From: Entomortierella parvispora E1425 | Taxonomy: Eukaryota > Fungi > Mortierellomycota | NCBI GenBank assembly: GCA_020891255.1 | Contig: BQFW01000013.1 | Location: 1,736,001 to 1,800,000, forward strand | Reading direction: 5' to 3' | DNA: 64,000 nt | Notes under the pieces: model-generated | Told to the model about the DNA's origin: nothing | The model's database searches: none | What the model saw: only the letters and a program-made list of their open reading frames with translations | Made by a program: the position numbers and the translations under genes | Shown: positions 10,610 to 25,321 of the stretch, in pieces | How the letters are laid out: the number at the start of each line of letters is the position of its first letter | Numbering within the stretch: position 1 is the stretch's first letter

Positions 10610-13600
10610 ATGGACCCAACGTCCGAGTCAGCCCGTCTGCGCCTGGAGCAACTCTCCAGAGCCCTGTCACACAGTGCAGACTATGTGATTGCCGAGAACC
10701 CAAACCGATCCGGGGGGTTAATCATTTCGGCCACTAAGAGCAGGACTGGATCCGGTATGTAGTCGAGCTTACACATCCTGACCCAACAGCTCATCGGCTT
10801 ATACAGTGAAAAGAGGAGATGCAGGGGAGAGTGGGAGGAGGGGAGAGGGGGAAGGCGTCGCCCGATCCCTGTCTCTTTGTCTCTCGGACTTCATTTTGCC
10901 GCCGATCACACATGTGAAATTTTGACTTTTTTGATTATTTCTTTCTGCCCTTGAATTAACGGCTTGATTTTCTCTCATTTTCCTCACAAAGACTATGGTG
11001 AGGTTCGGATCGGCGATGTCACTGTTGCCGTCAGTCCTGCCCTCAATCCCGAGTTTGTCCCCAGTTACGAACAGCCTCTCTTTGAGGACTCACAGGTACA
11101 CGATCATGGCGAGGGGTCGGGCTTTGATCTCATTTGTGCTTGTTCGTTTTCGTTTGCTTGATCTGACTTTGTCTCTTTTTCTCGTCCACAGGAAGTGCTC
11201 CGTCATCTGCGATGGTATGGACATGGACTTGGATACTCTGGAGCATACACTTGAATTCGAAGCAGGAACTAGACGATAGGTTACATGACGACTCACATCT
11301 CGGATCGATAATGATTCTTGATCTTTCTTTAGGATGATGCAAAAGGACAAGCTTGGTCAGGATATGTTCTTGATCGGGTAGGATGATAGGCGACTCTTAT
11401 TACCGCCTTGTTTTTTTTGCAGGGAGTCAGCATGTTTCTCATCGTCAATGGGCGCCCTTTTGCATATTCTTATGACTAGACCACCTGGACACCTTCGTCG
11501 CTCTATCGCCCTCAAGTTTGCTGAACTGTAAGATGCTTTGCCATAAACTAGGCAACTTGTTTTGTGGCGTAGTCAGGATATAGCCTCTCACGGAAAGGAA
11601 AGAAACTGATCCAGGAATCACCATTATCCGTTATTACTCATAGTACCAATCGCGAGGTCGAATATGTGCCTCTCTCCAAAGATGTGACCGAGAGTGATTT
11701 GAAGCAACGTCGCGAGATTGTTGGAGGAACAGCGTACTATGTTGATCAGGCCTGTGTCCGTGCTGCAACAGAGGGTCGCATCCTAATCTTGGATGGAATC
11801 GAGAAAGCAGAGCGAAACGTTCTCCCTGTGCTCAACAACCTGCTGGAGAACCGAGAGATGGCTTTGGAGGATGGGCGGTTCTTGGTGAACCCCAAGCGAT
11901 TCGACATGTTGGTCAAACAGGGAGGCCAGTCCGCTGTAGATACCATGGAAGAGCACAAATTGGTCAAGGTCAGCGACAACTTTACAGTCATCGCCCTCGG
12001 ATTGCCAGTGCCTCAGTATGTGGGTCATCCTTTGGATCCTCCACTTCGTTCGCGTTTCCAATCGCGTGATGTCAAAGCCCCAGGATTTGAGTCTCAAATG
12101 CAACAGCTCAGAACCCTTGGCCCCAAGGTACCACAGGAGATGATGGAGAGATTAATCTCTGTGGCCATGGTCCTTGGTAACCAACACTATCAGAATCTTG
12201 GAAACGAGTCTACAGCGTCGACTATGAGCAATGTTCAGATCCCAGAGTTCCCGGTGTCGATCGAGAGCGCTATCAAGCTACTCAACAGCTTTGAAGACGC
12301 CCAACCCCGATTCCTTCTGGATCTTGTTTACCCTTGGTCACTTCTCCCGACGTGCGAGGCGGAACAGCGTAGTTTGATCGAGTCTACTTACCAGCGTTTT
12401 GGTGTCTTGGGACTGGGTCGTGAAGACGAAGGATTCGATCAGGACGAAGGAGCAGTGGTGCGCCAGTGCGACTCGACTTACAAGGTGGTCGGCATTGAGC
12501 GTGCGGGCCCTACGACAGCTCTTGCAACCTTTGAGCATACCTCTGGCAAAAAGACTTCGGTTGAATTGCACTGCGGTACTTATCCATTCGAGCCTACAGA
12601 GTACTTTGTGGAGACTCCATACCACATGTCGACCCTCGTCAGCATGTTACTGGCTCATTCCGTTGGTGACTTTTGCGTGATCGGCTCCAAGGGTGTGGGC
12701 AAGAGTGCCTTGATGAGAAACTTTGGACGAAACCTGGGATACAAGGTCGAGTTTATCCCCTTGTACAAGGACATGTCTTCGCGTGATCTTCTTCAGCGCC
12801 GTAGCACCACTTTCTCGGGCGACACTGTCTGGGAGAACTCTGCCTTGGTCAAGGCTGCGATGAGCGGAGCCTTGGCTGTCATGGATGGAATCGATACCCT
12901 TTCGTTCGGAACCATGGTTTCCTTGCAGCGACTCGTTCACGAGCGTGAGACTGCCATGCCCGACGGTCGCAAGCTCTTGCGCCACACCCACTTTGACCAA
13001 CTTCAGGCCAGTCAAGGATGGACCTTGAAGCAAATGGAAAAGAAGGGTCTTTTGAGGATTTCTCCCTCCTTCCGCATTGTCGCTCTTGCTAGACCTGTTT
13101 CCAACGGTACAGAGGGTGGCAAGCCTGGATCGTGGCTCGCACCCGAGATTGTGAGCATGTTCCAGTTCGTGACCGTGCGCCCGCTTTCCCTTCAGGAGGA
13201 AACTCAGCTTTTGGAGACTCTGTCCCCCGGTGTTGCCCCAGAAAGTTTGGCCCTCTTGCTCAAGTTCGCCAACCATTTGCGCAACTCTCCTGATGAAACC
13301 ATCAAGACGCTGTCTTCCGCCATGTCGACTCGGTAAGGGCTAATCGTGCGTGTTTGAGTGCGCCTTGACGATATCATGAATCGCTCTTCTAACTTTTTTT
13401 TGTTGATGTCGTAGTCAATTGATCCGTATTTGTCGTCGTTTGGCCGTTTTCCCAGATGAGAGTCTGCACGATGCAGTTCACAAGGTCTCTTTGTCTCGAT
13501 TCTTGCCTTCCATTGCAAAGGATGCCTTGAACCAGCTTTTGGCTTCGAACGGCATTGCAGTCAAACCCAAAAGCTACAAGGCCAATGAACTCCAAATTCA

Positions 13601-16600
13601 AGTCCTCCCCAACCGCGAGAATCCAAAGTCGCTCCGCATTGGACACATTGAGGAGGCTGTTCGACAGGATTCAAACCCGGTATTGATCCCCAACATTGTC
13701 TTCCACGAGAACCCCAAGCAGACAGAGATCTTGATGGAAATGTTGAAGGATTTCCAGCTCGGTGAACATTTGTTGCTGATTGGTAACCAGGGAGTAGGCA
13801 AGAACAAGTTGGCGGATTATTTCTTGCAGCTCCTGAGATTGCCTAGAGAGTACATTCAGCTGCATCGTGATACAACTGTCCAGAGTTTGACGGCTACGCC
13901 TTCCATTGTTGACGGTGTCCTCCAATACGATGATTCTCCTCTGGTCAAGTCGGTTCGCGACGGATACATCCTTGTGATTGATGAGGCCGATAAGGCACCC
14001 ACCTACGTGACCAGTGTTATTCGTAACTTGCTCGAGGATGGCCAGATGGTTCTCAGTGACGGACGCCGTATTGTCTCCAAGCCAACCGAAGGAGCAGATG
14101 AGATCGAGATTGTAATTCATCCCAACTTCCGAATGATGGTTTTGGCCAACCGACCTGGATTCCCCTTCCTTGGAAATGACTTCTTCCGCGAGGTTGGCGA
14201 TGTCTTTTCTTGCCATGCTGTCGACAACCCCGACGCTGAATCAGAGATGTTCTTGCTTCGCAAGTATGGACCTGATGTTCCTGAGGAGTTGCTGTTGAAA
14301 TTGACGGCTGCCTTTGAGGATCTCCGTGTGTTGGTGGACGAGGGCTTGCTTTCGTACCCTTACTCGACCCGTGAGCTCGTGAACGTGGTACGCCACATGC
14401 AAATCTACCCTGAGGAAGGTATTTCGCGCATCCTTCAGAATGTTTTCGATTTCGACCAATATGACGCCGATTCAAAGGAAATGTTGATCGAGACCTTCCA
14501 GAAGCATGGAATCCCTGTGGGACTTGAATCCGAGTTCACGATCCAGCTCGGTAAACAGGTTGAGGTCAGTGAGGCGATTCTGACAGAGACATGGACCAAG
14601 GCTCCTCAAGAGAAGGCTTTGGAGTGCCCCGTCAAGTCTCAGCCCATCGTTTTCAGAGGCGGCTGGAATGTGACTCCCGGAACTGCTCGGGATCTGGAGA
14701 GATCCGAGGGGCGCTCCGTGGTGTTCTCTGAGCAACTTTATCACTTCAAGATCCCCACCCGTGGCGAGGCATTGGATATTATTTCGACCGACCGAGGCAC
14801 CCTCTATGCCATCTCTACCAACCCCGTGACTCTGCACTTTATCGACGCTGCCCACCGCTCCGTCCGCTCCGCAGACATGTACGAGTACTTCCCCTTGCAG
14901 AAGGCTCCTCCTCGTTTGAGATTGGCATTTGTGAGGACCCGCGCTGGTGGCCGATTCCTGTGCATGCACAACCCTGCAGACAACTCGTTCTTGTCTCTGG
15001 ACACTGACAAAGATTCAATCGTCTCTGTGATGCTCAATGGATTGGCGCCCGTCCAGTCGCTTATGGACAAGTCGTTGGCTCATCTGGGATACATTGCTTT
15101 TTTCCAGGAGAACCGATCGAACGTGATTGTGGTCGATTTCAACACTGGAACCCAGTACATCGTCGAGTTGCCAGTTCAGGTCTCGGGCTTTTACATGATT
15201 GATCCTAGATTGTGGTTGGTCAAGGATTGCCAGAACCAGGATTATCACTTGGTCTACGCCTCGGATGCCAACGTGCCTATGCCCGATCGCATCCAGCATG
15301 TCTCTGTCTCAGGCCTGGGTGCCAAGGCTAAGCATCGTCTGACCTATGTCTCCCAGCCTGTCGTCGAGCCTGGTACTAACAACAGGTAAGAGCTTATTCT
15401 TCACAAGCGACCTTTTCTTTCCCTGTTCTCGTGGTGAGTAGGCGGTGCTAACCTGATGCTATCTTTTTTTTTTTACTAGTGAGAACATCCGTATGATGCA
15501 CACCACAAACGACAGCGTCGTTATGGCCATGACAAAGAACATGGAGCATATCCTGGCTCCTAACCCTGATGCCGCGATGGATGTCTTTTCGTTCATGAGA
15601 CCCATTGCGGATGAGAACGTCAAGAACCTCTACTCGAACTTGCAAAGCTCTTCCATGTATATGAGCAAGACTCAGCAGATGGCCAAGATCATCCCTTCAC
15701 CTGTAAGTATACCTCAAGAAATTATTGAGCATTTCTTGTCTTATTCAAAGACAAAAAAAAAAAAAGGTAATAACAATGGTCCTCTCTTGTCATGATAGAG
15801 CGGAAAGGGCGAGGGTTACCTTGAGCTTTTCTCCCCTTCTGAGCGTCGCATCTGGCGAGTCTTGATTCCCCTGTCTATCCCCGTGACTAGCACCTTGCGC
15901 GCAGATGCGCCCATGACTGGTTTCAAGGGTCTCCAGCAGGACAGAGTCGTGGCCTCCATGACAGAGCTCGACAATGGAAATTTGTTGACAATGGACAACT
16001 CTGGATTTGTCCGCGTCTGGCAAATTGATGCTGCTGACTTGTTTCAGTCCGCCAGCACTTGGAAGAAGCTTGTTGGTACCTTGGATTCAAGAACTTTGGC
16101 CATCTTGTACAAGGATGAGCAGGGTCGATTCGTGAATGCCGAGGGTCAATTGGTTGGACCGGATGGAAAGGTCATTGTTCCTGGAAGTGACTTGGATGGC
16201 AACGATGTGCCTCCAGGTATGGATGGCTCTAGTGGCGACTCTGCCGGAGGCGGTGGCAGTGCTGGCGGTGGAGGAGGCGGTGGCGGTGGCGGCGGAGGAG
16301 ATGGCGAGGGCGATGGCAGCGGTGATGGAGACGGCAATGGTTCTGGCTCTGGCTCTGGAGAGAGAACCGGAGCACCCAAAGATGGTCGCAAGCCCAACTT
16401 TGACGATGTCTCCAAGCTCGATATTGTAAGTGATTGTTTTTCACTGTTCTCTGAAATGGATTTTGGTCCCTTGACACTCACAATTTTTTTGTTATTCCAT
16501 TCTATCAAAAAAAACAGCGCACGAGTGCCCCTCCTCCAAAGCTGGTCTCTGATGCTCAGATCGAGATGCACAACATGACGATGCGCAAGCATCTCGCCCA

Positions 16601-17516
16601 GATGGACATGACCGCTGGCGATGCCAAGATCTACATGTCGTACATGGAAAATGTCCAGCGTGAGATTCGCGAGCTTAGAGTCATTTTGGAGTCGATCGAA
16701 GCGAAGAACAAGGAGCGTGTCTGGCTCAAGAACCAATCCTCGGGCGATCTCGACGACACAAAGTTGATTGAGGGTCTGACGGGTGACCACAACATTTACA
16801 AGCTGAGAGGTGATCAAGACCCAGAGATGGGATTCCAGCAAAAGCCCAAGAAGATGTATTTCGTCTTTGATCTCTCTGCATCCATGTTCCGCTTCAACAA
16901 TCACGATCGCCGGTTGGAGCGTTCGATGGAAGTCGCGTTGATGATCATGGAGTCCTTCAGGAACTTTGAGCACAAGTTTGCGTACTCGATCATTGGACAC
17001 TCTGGTGATTCCCCCAACCTTGAGTTTGTGAAGGAAGGTCGATACCCCAAGACCGAGAAGGATGTCTTCAAGGTCATCTCTCAGATGAGTGCCCATTCCC
17101 AGTACTGCTTGTCCGGCGACAACACCCTCTCCGCAACCTCTATGGCCATGAAGGAGATTGTCAAGGATGATGCTGATGACTACATTGTGGTTGTTCTCTC
17201 GGATGCCAACATTGGACAGTATAACATTAAGCCGGAGGATCTCGCTCGCAGTAAGTCCTGTTGAATGATATAGATGTCATATTTCTTTTACTTTCTTTAG
17301 TCTTGCGATTTGGTCTAACTGTCTGGTTTTTTTTTTACCTTTTCAGTTCTCCGTTCTGATGACCGAGTGACATCCTCCATGATCTTTATCGGATCCCTTT
17401 CCGATCAGGCTGATAAGCTCAAGGGAGCATTGGGTTCCCATGCCCATGTCTGCTTGGATACCAAGGACTTGCCCCAGATCATCAAGTCCATCTTTTTGTC
17501 TTCTATGATCAAATAG
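10610..17516 (+). CDS. VWA8: von Willebrand factor A domain-containing protein 8 (dynein/MoxR-related AAA ATPase with C-terminal vWA), multi-exon
   Basis: MMQKDKLGQDMFLIGPPGHLRR, DLKQRREIVGGTAYYVDQACVRAATEGRILILDGIEKAERNVLPVLNNLLENRE; Walker A GSKGVGKS and GNQGVGKN; vWA MIDAS-like DLSASMFRFN; start codon inferred. Confidence 0.93.
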
Positions 17517-17606
17517 ATAGAATAAACAAAACAATTCGATTCTTCTATGCAGTGTCCATGATGGTGAGTGGGGGGATTTGGTGGCGCGCCACGAAAATGG
17601 CGGAAT

Positions 17607-17615
17607 GGTCACGTG
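17607..17615. promoter_or_regulatory. E-box GGTCACGTG (reverse complement of CACGTGACC), next to an AAAATGGCGG motif at 17594
   Basis: ~225 bp upstream of ASCC3 ATG. Confidence 0.45.
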
Positions 17616-17838
17616 CTGCTCCAGTGCGATCGCGGTCAGTGCTGCGGATCTATTTTTTTTTGCATGAGCAACAAAAGTGCGACTCGCGCGTGCCGTTGGT
17701 TGATTCTTTCATCCCCTTCCACTTTCTCAAACCGAAGCACTTCCTTTGCTCGCCTCCACCTACTGACTGCCGTTTCGCATCATCATTACTCATCAGACAA
17801 TACCCCCAGTTCATTACAACGCGGCAACTCTACAACTC

Positions 17839-20800
17839 ATGGCCGACTTAGAAAGATTCCATTTGGCCAACGTCCTGCGAGCTACCTCAAAGGGACACAG
17901 CATTCTCGGTACCGAAGCGAACAACCAGTCCGAAGGCTCAGAGGCAACCATCTCTCGCGGAAAGGGAAAAGGCAAGGCCAGTGCCGTCGATGAAGACCAC
18001 GATGACGATGATGGCGAGCTAGTCATGCGTGCCCTCAACAAGGTCCATGACGAATGGAACCGCAGTATTCTGGAATTCAAGACAAAGATCGCTGCCCGCC
18101 ACTCGGAACAAAAGGACCAAGTCGTCTTTGATGCTGATTTCCCACCTCTGGAAGAAGAGGTCGAGTATGGCATGGAGGACATTGGCTTCACGTACAAGGC
18201 GCCAATCTGGCCTGCCTTTGACGACAGTGACGACACGGACACGATCTCGGAGAGTGGATCTATCCTCGACACACTCCTCCGTCCACCAGAGTCACATTTC
18301 CCCCGTCACGAGGCGGCGACTCCTCCTATGCTGCCACCACGCTTGGATCAGGGAGACTTTGGCGGACATGCCTCCTCTCAATCGAGTGTTGTGTATGATC
18401 GCGCTTGGCTGATCGGTCAATGCACGGCTCATCTGGAAGCCTTTGCTGATCCTAGTGCGTCCATGACTTCCAAGAGGCTGTCCATTGACATCTTTACCAT
18501 CCTTCGATCTGAAAAGCCGGGTATTTTACAAATCATGGCCCTCTATGGTCATTGTATTCTGATTGCTCGAGTGGAGGTGGGCTTGGACTGTATACTCATT
18601 CTTTTGTTGATCCTTTTAGACGACGATATCCAGATTACGCTCGTGGATCTCTTGGGATTCGAGAATTTCGAATTCATCACGGCTCTGCTCACGAACAGAA
18701 CTGCCATTGTAGAGAATGTCCTCACACAAGTAAGCATATCCTATCGATTCATGTCACTACATTCCCACGTCGCATAGCATGTCGTAAAGACTGATTCTGA
18801 TCCGTTGCCCCATCTGCTCTTCTAGACGGCTTATAACCCTGATGCAGATCTGCCCAAGAGCAACAAGCACGACAAGCACGAACTTTATCGTTCCGCAATT
18901 GGCTCCAACTTTACAGTCCAGACCGAGGACGAGAAATTGGCGGCAAAACTTGCTCGGAAAGAGCGCAGAAAGCATGGAGGTCGCGATGAAGGTGAGCTCC
19001 TATGACTACATCTCACAGACAGTTACAGCAGCCATAGTATTAATGCATAGTCCTTTCTCATTTCTAGAGGATGAAGCGGCTATTTCGTCCGCAATGCTTG
19101 GATTCGACCAGGAGGATTTGCGAAAGGCACGCGAGGAGCAGCTCCGTAACAATGCGTCCATGCCCTTGGCTAGTTCCCAGCAGGTACATATAGTTGGGCA
19201 CAAATGAACGTGATGGTCAGTGGCGTATGCAATTAGGTACTAACGGTTTGAATTGTTGATCTAATAGAGAACAAACTTTGCAGGCCCTGACTACCCACAT
19301 GTATACCAAGCAAGCAAGGGCGGCAACATGTTGTCATCCATCGGAAAAGGATTTGCTCTCCCTGCTGGCACCACTCGAACTGACGAAAAGGTTGGTGTTT
19401 TTGCTTACGTTGTTTTATGCTGTGTCGTAATGTGACAAGGGTCTCACACGCATTACCTGGGCCATAGGACTATGAGGAGGTCACCATTCCTATTACCAAA
19501 CAGGCTCCTCGTCGTGCTGGGGAGAAGGTCATTACTCTTGCTGAGATGGATACCCTCTGCAGTACAACCTTCAAAGCCTATACCTCCCTCAATCGTATCC
19601 AGTCCATTGTGTACCCTGTGGCATACGAGACGAACGAGAACATTCTGATGTGCGCACCCACTGGAGCTGTAAGTTGGATGGATACTGCTGCCCAAGTATA
19701 TCTCTGTGGACTCATATACCCTTTGAACAGTGTCTGACAGCTTTGCTATTTACCATGAATACTCTTAGGGTAAAACCGATGTTTCCCTGTTGACAATTCT
19801 CAGGACGCTCTACCAGCACTGCACACCTACACCTAGACAAGGAATCGACCCCAAGGAGTACGTTCTTGCCCGTAATGATTTCAAGATTGTCTTTGTTGCT
19901 CCAATGAAGGCGCTCGCTGCTGAAATTGTTCGCAAGTTCAGTTCGCGTCTGAAGTGGCTCGGTGTCGAGGTTCGAGAACTTACAGGAGATATGCAGCTCA
20001 CGAAAGCAGAAATCGCCAACACTCAGATCATTGTCACGACACCTGAAAAGTGGGATGTGGTGACGCGCAAGAGCACCGGCGATGTTGAGCTGGCGCAGAA
20101 AGTGCGATTGCTGATTATTGATGAGGTGCATCTGCTGCACGATGAGCGTGGTGCTGTCTTGGAGAGTATTGTCGCTCGTACTCTTCGCCAGGTGGAAACC
20201 TCTCAGTCCATGATTCGTATTGTGGGCTTGTCCGCTACCCTTCCCAACTATGTGGACGTGGCTGCGTTCTTGCGAGTCAACCCTTACCAAGGTTTGTTCT
20301 ACTTTGATGGCGGTTTCCGTCCTGTCCCACTGGAGCAGCACTTTTGCGGTGTCCGCGGTAAATATGGCTCATCCACCTACACTCGAGGATTGGACCAAAC
20401 TTGTTACGATAAGGTGAGTAAACGTTGAGTGACGAGAAGCATTGCAGTGGGTATAATTTAAACTAACCCCCCCCCCCATTTACCTTCATGTATAGGTGGT
20501 TGACCTAGTGAAGGAGGGACATCAAGTGATGGTCTTTGTGCACGCTCGCAAGGATACTGTCAAGACCGCTCAGATGCTCAAAGAAAAGGCCAACGATGAA
20601 GGCGAGCTCGAGTTTTTCGATACCTCAAACGATCCCCAACACGAACTGAAGAAGAGAGATCTGGCAAGATCTAAGAACAGGGAGATGAAGGAGCTCTTCA
20701 ACTACGGTTTTGGAATCCATCATGCTGGAATGCTTAGAACAGACAGAACTTTGACGGAAAAGCTGTTTGCGGATGGTTTGATTCGAGTAAGTGAATTGAT

Positions 20801-23800
20801 AGCACGGTATTTTTGACGGCAATGTCCTTTGTTCAATATCTAACTTTTTTCTGGTTTGAATTACAAAGGTTCTTTGCTGTACAGCGACCCTCGCTTGGGG
20901 TGTGAACTTGCCAGCATACGCCGTCATTATCAAAGGAACACAGGTGTACAATACCCAAAAGGGTGCCTTTGTGGACCTTTCTATCCTGGACGTCATGCAG
21001 ATCTTTGGTCGTGCCGGTCGTCCTCAGTATGAGAGCCATGGTGTGGGTTATATTTTGACATCTCATGACAAACTCAACCACTACGTGGCGCTTATCACCC
21101 AACAACTGCCGATCGAGTCCAGGTTTATTGAAAAGATGGTCGACAATCTCAACGCAGAGCTGTCTCTGGGCACAATCACCAATGTGGACGAAGCCGTTAC
21201 CTGGCTGAGTTATACCTACCTGTATGTACGCATGCGCAAGAACCCATTGGTTTATGGCATGGATCACACAGAGCCTGCAGAGGATCCTTTGCTTGGAAAG
21301 AAGCGTCGCGACATTATCGTTGCTGCGGCCAGGAACCTTCACAAGGCTCAGATGATTATTTATGACGAAAATACGGGATATTTGACGCCAAAGGATCTGG
21401 GCCGTATCGCTTCAAATTACTACGTCTCGTATAACAGTGTCAACACCTACAACGAGTTGATGAAGCCCCGTATGACAGAAGCCGATGTATTGGCCATGGT
21501 CAGTCGGAGTACTGAGTTTGAGAACGTCAAGTCCAGAGATAACGAACATTCAGAGCTGGCAAAACTTTTGGAACAAGCCTGTCCTTGCGATGTGAAGGTA
21601 AATCCATGACTGTCATGGACACACAAAGAAAAAAAGGAGTTGTGATCGGAAGATTGTCTAACATCTAACATTTGTATTATTTTAGGGAGGATTGGATGCA
21701 TCGCCTTCCAAGGTCAACATTCTTTTGCAAGCAGCCATTACTCAGGCCCCTCTGGAAGATTTTGCTCTAGTTTCGGATAGTGCTTATGTCGCACAGAACG
21801 CGTCCCGTATCATCCGCGCCATGTTTGAAATCGCGGTCAACCGCAGTTGGGGACCTGTCGCCAACGTCCTGCTCTCCCTTGGAAAATCGGTGGATAAGAA
21901 GATGTGGTCCTTTGAACACCCTCTGTCACAGTTTGGACTGCCACGCGATATTATCTCAAAGCTGGAAGCCCGTACCTACCCACCTTCGATCGAGGACATG
22001 CGTGAGATGACTGTCAATGAGCTCGGTGAGCTTGTTCGCTTCCATCGAATGGGCGAGACTATTTCCAAGTGCGTTGATCAGTTCCCGGTTCTCCAGATGG
22101 ATGCGCAGGTTGCACCCATTACCAGGAATGTCCTTCGTGTCGTCTTGACCATCACACCCGATTTTGTCTGGAATGACAGGATCCATGGATTTAACGAGCC
22201 TTGGTGGATCTGGGTTGAGGATTCGAACAACACAGAGATCTTGCATTCAGAGTACTTTTTGTTGTCGCGTAAGCAGTTGGGTCAACCTCAGGTGATCACA
22301 TTCACGATCCCTGTTATTGAGCCTCTGCCTCCACAGATCTTTGTTCGCGCCATCTCGGACAAGTGGATCGGAGCCGAATCTGTGCACGCCATTTCTTTCA
22401 AGCATCTGATTTTGCCGGAGCTCTACCCTCCCCACACGGACCTGCTGGATTTGCAACCTTTGCCTGTCACCGCGCTTCAGAATGACGTCCTGGAACAGAT
22501 TTGCTTGAAGAGATTCTCTCACTTCAATCCTGTACAGACCCAGATCTTCCACACCCTTTACAACACCAGCCATAACGCCTTGATTGGTGCTCCTACCGGA
22601 TCTGGAAAGACTGTGGCTGCAGAGTTGGCAATGTGGTGGGCATTCAAGGATCAGCCCGGCAGCAAGGTCGTTTACATTGCACCCATGAAGGCCTTGGTCC
22701 GAGAGCGTGTCACGGATTGGACATCGCGTCTTGTTGGCCCCATGGGCAAGAAGTTGGTCGAGTTGACAGGTGATGTCACGCCAGATATCAAGTCTATCGA
22801 GAGTGCAGATATCATTATCACGACACCTGAGAAATGGGATGGTATTAGTCGTAACTGGCAGACTCGTCCTTATGTTCAGAAGGTGTCTCTGGTTATCATT
22901 GATGAGATCCATTTGCTCGGCGGCGATCGTGGCCCGATTTTGGAGGTCATTGTGTCTCGTATGAACTACATTGGTGCACAGCTCGGCAAGCGGATTCGTT
23001 TGGTTGGATTGTCTACTGCGCTGGCTAACGCGCACGACTTGGCTGACTGGCTTGGAATTCAGGAAGTCGGTCTTTTCAACTTCAGACACTCTGTGCGTCC
23101 TGTTCCACTGGAGATCTATATTGATGGCTTCCCAGGAAAGCACTATTGCCCTCGCATGGCTACTATGAATAAGCCCACGTATGCCGCCATCAAGACCCAT
23201 TCGCCCAATCAACCCGTCATCGTGTTTGTTTCATCTCGTCGTCAGACTCGTTTGACTGCCCAGGACCTTATTGCGTACTGTGCCATGGAGGATAACCCTC
23301 GTCGTTTCTTGCACATGCCCGAAGAGGACCTCGATATCTTGTTGACCAAGGTCCAGGACTCGAGTCTCAGATTGTCGCTCGGATTCGGTATCGGACTCCA
23401 TCATGCAGGTCTTCCAGAGGGGGATCGTAAGCTTGTTGAAGAGCTTTTCGTGAGCACCAAGATTCAGATTTTGATTGCCACCAGTACTTTGGCCTGGGGT
23501 GTCAACTTCCCTGCTCATTTGGTCGTTATCAAGGGCACAGAGTTTTACGACGCCAAGACACGTACCTATGTTGATTTCCCAATCACGGATGTCTTGCAGA
23601 TGATGGGACGTGCAGGACGTCCTCAGTTTGACCAAGAAGGTATTGCCAGGATCTTTGTCCATGATGCCAAGAAAAACTTTTACAAGAAGTTCTTGCACGA
23701 GCCTTTCCCAGTCGAGTCCAGTCTTCACCTTCACTTGGATGATCATCTGAACGCCGAGATCGTCAGTGGTACGATCAAGTCAAAGCAGGACGCGATGGAC

Positions 23801-25138
23801 TATCTGACATGGACCTACTTTTACCGCCGACTCCAGATGAACCCCAGTTACTATGGTGTGGAGGATTTAACGCCTCGCGGAGTGAACACGTTCTTGTCGA
23901 ACCTGATTGAAAAGTCGATTAGTAACTTGGAACGATCTTGCTGTGTGGAAGTGACGGATGAGGTCGAGATTGAACCCACTGCGTTGGGCAAGATCTGTTC
24001 CTTCTACTATCTGATGCATCCAACCATTCGACACCTGGAGGACAACCTCAAGCCGGATTCGACCTACGAGGACTTGCTCATGATCCTCTGTGGTGCAACC
24101 GAGTACTCAGAGTTGCCTGTCCGACATAACGAGGACATTGTGAACAAGGAGCTGGAGAAGGAGCTGCCATTGCTGATCGAGTCATCAATGACTTATGACA
24201 GCCCCCACGCAAAATCCTTCCTGCTGTTGCAAGCGTACTTTGAGCGGATCCGGAACTTGCCCGTGGCAGATTTCATCACGGATACAGTCTCTGTTCTGGA
24301 TCAGGCCGTGCGTGTATTGCAGGCCATGATTGATATCACTGCTGAGAAGGGCATGCTCCAGCCTTGTCTGTCCGTGATGAACATTCTGCAGTCGGTCAAG
24401 CAGGCTCGCTGGCGCGATGAGTCTCTCCTGACCTTGCCCCGAGTTGAGCGGTACATGCTTCCCACTTTGGCTGCCAATGCCTCTGGCCGCCAGAACCAAA
24501 AGACCAACAGGAACGGAGGCAAGGGTCAAGGCAATGCAAACAAGAAGACTGTGGAGCGACTCTTTGATCTGACCTCCATGTCGGAGCAAGAAGTCAAGGC
24601 CTACTTTGGCAAGGTGCCGTCGTTGTCGCCTGCCAATCTGAACGAAATTTGGAAGGTGGTCGAGAAGTTGCCATTGCTCCAGATCAACACTCAGATTGAG
24701 ACTGGTATCAAGTCGTTCCTGGTGGCAGGACTTACCTATTCAGTCACTTTGGAGTTGACGCGCGTGAAGCGACCTGGTATTCATGCGTACGATGGACGTG
24801 TGTACTGTCCCAAGTTCCCCAAGCCTCAATGGGAGTCTTGGTGGGTAGTCCTGGAAGATCCTGAGGCTGGTGTCCAAAGTGCGGACACTCGAGTGGGTGA
24901 GGATAAGCCATTGGTGGCAGGAGCCGCTAGCCAGAAGGACGGTGACTTGGTCGCGTTGAAGAGAGTCAACATGCGAACGGGACCTCAAGGTTCGTTCCTG
25001 AACAAGGTGACGACCAAGATTGCGTTTGTTGCGCCCAAGAGAGCAGGCCGCCATGTGTGGAAGTTGCACCTGTACTGCGATGGATATCTGGGCATGGACC
25101 AGACAGTTGACCTGCAGTTTGACGTGATTGCGGCGTAG
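17839..25138 (+). CDS. SLH1: ASCC3/Slh1 (Rqt2) Ski2-like tandem-cassette helicase, multi-exon
   Basis: Two helicase cassettes ([28 protein letters not shown]; [28 protein letters not shown]), each followed by Sec63-like regions; [12 protein letters not shown] and [12 protein letters not shown] are typical of ASCC3 rather than Brr2. Confidence 0.93.
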
Positions 25139-25321
25139 ATCGCATTTGGCTCATAGGCACGCCACCGTGTTCTTCGATGGAGGGAATGAAAGGTTGTAGA
25201 AACCAAGTAAAAGATTGAAAATAGATTGCAAGCAGACAGTGCGCGCGCTTGGCCCCTCTTTCTTTTTCTGACTCGGCGTTAAAGAAGAATGGATCATGGA
25301 TGAGAGCATTGGGACCGGTTG

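Noticed and set aside
16146-17096. 316-aa minus-strand ORF (also 22247-23212, 12647-13276, 19712-20341, 49634-50155 and similar)
   Set aside because: Antisense shadows of well-supported genes on the opposite strand; no recognisable motifs
10610-17516. Functional link between VWA8 and the alpha-kinase (vWA-kinase systems)
   Set aside because: VWA8 is a conserved housekeeping gene 20 kb away; no evidence beyond domain names
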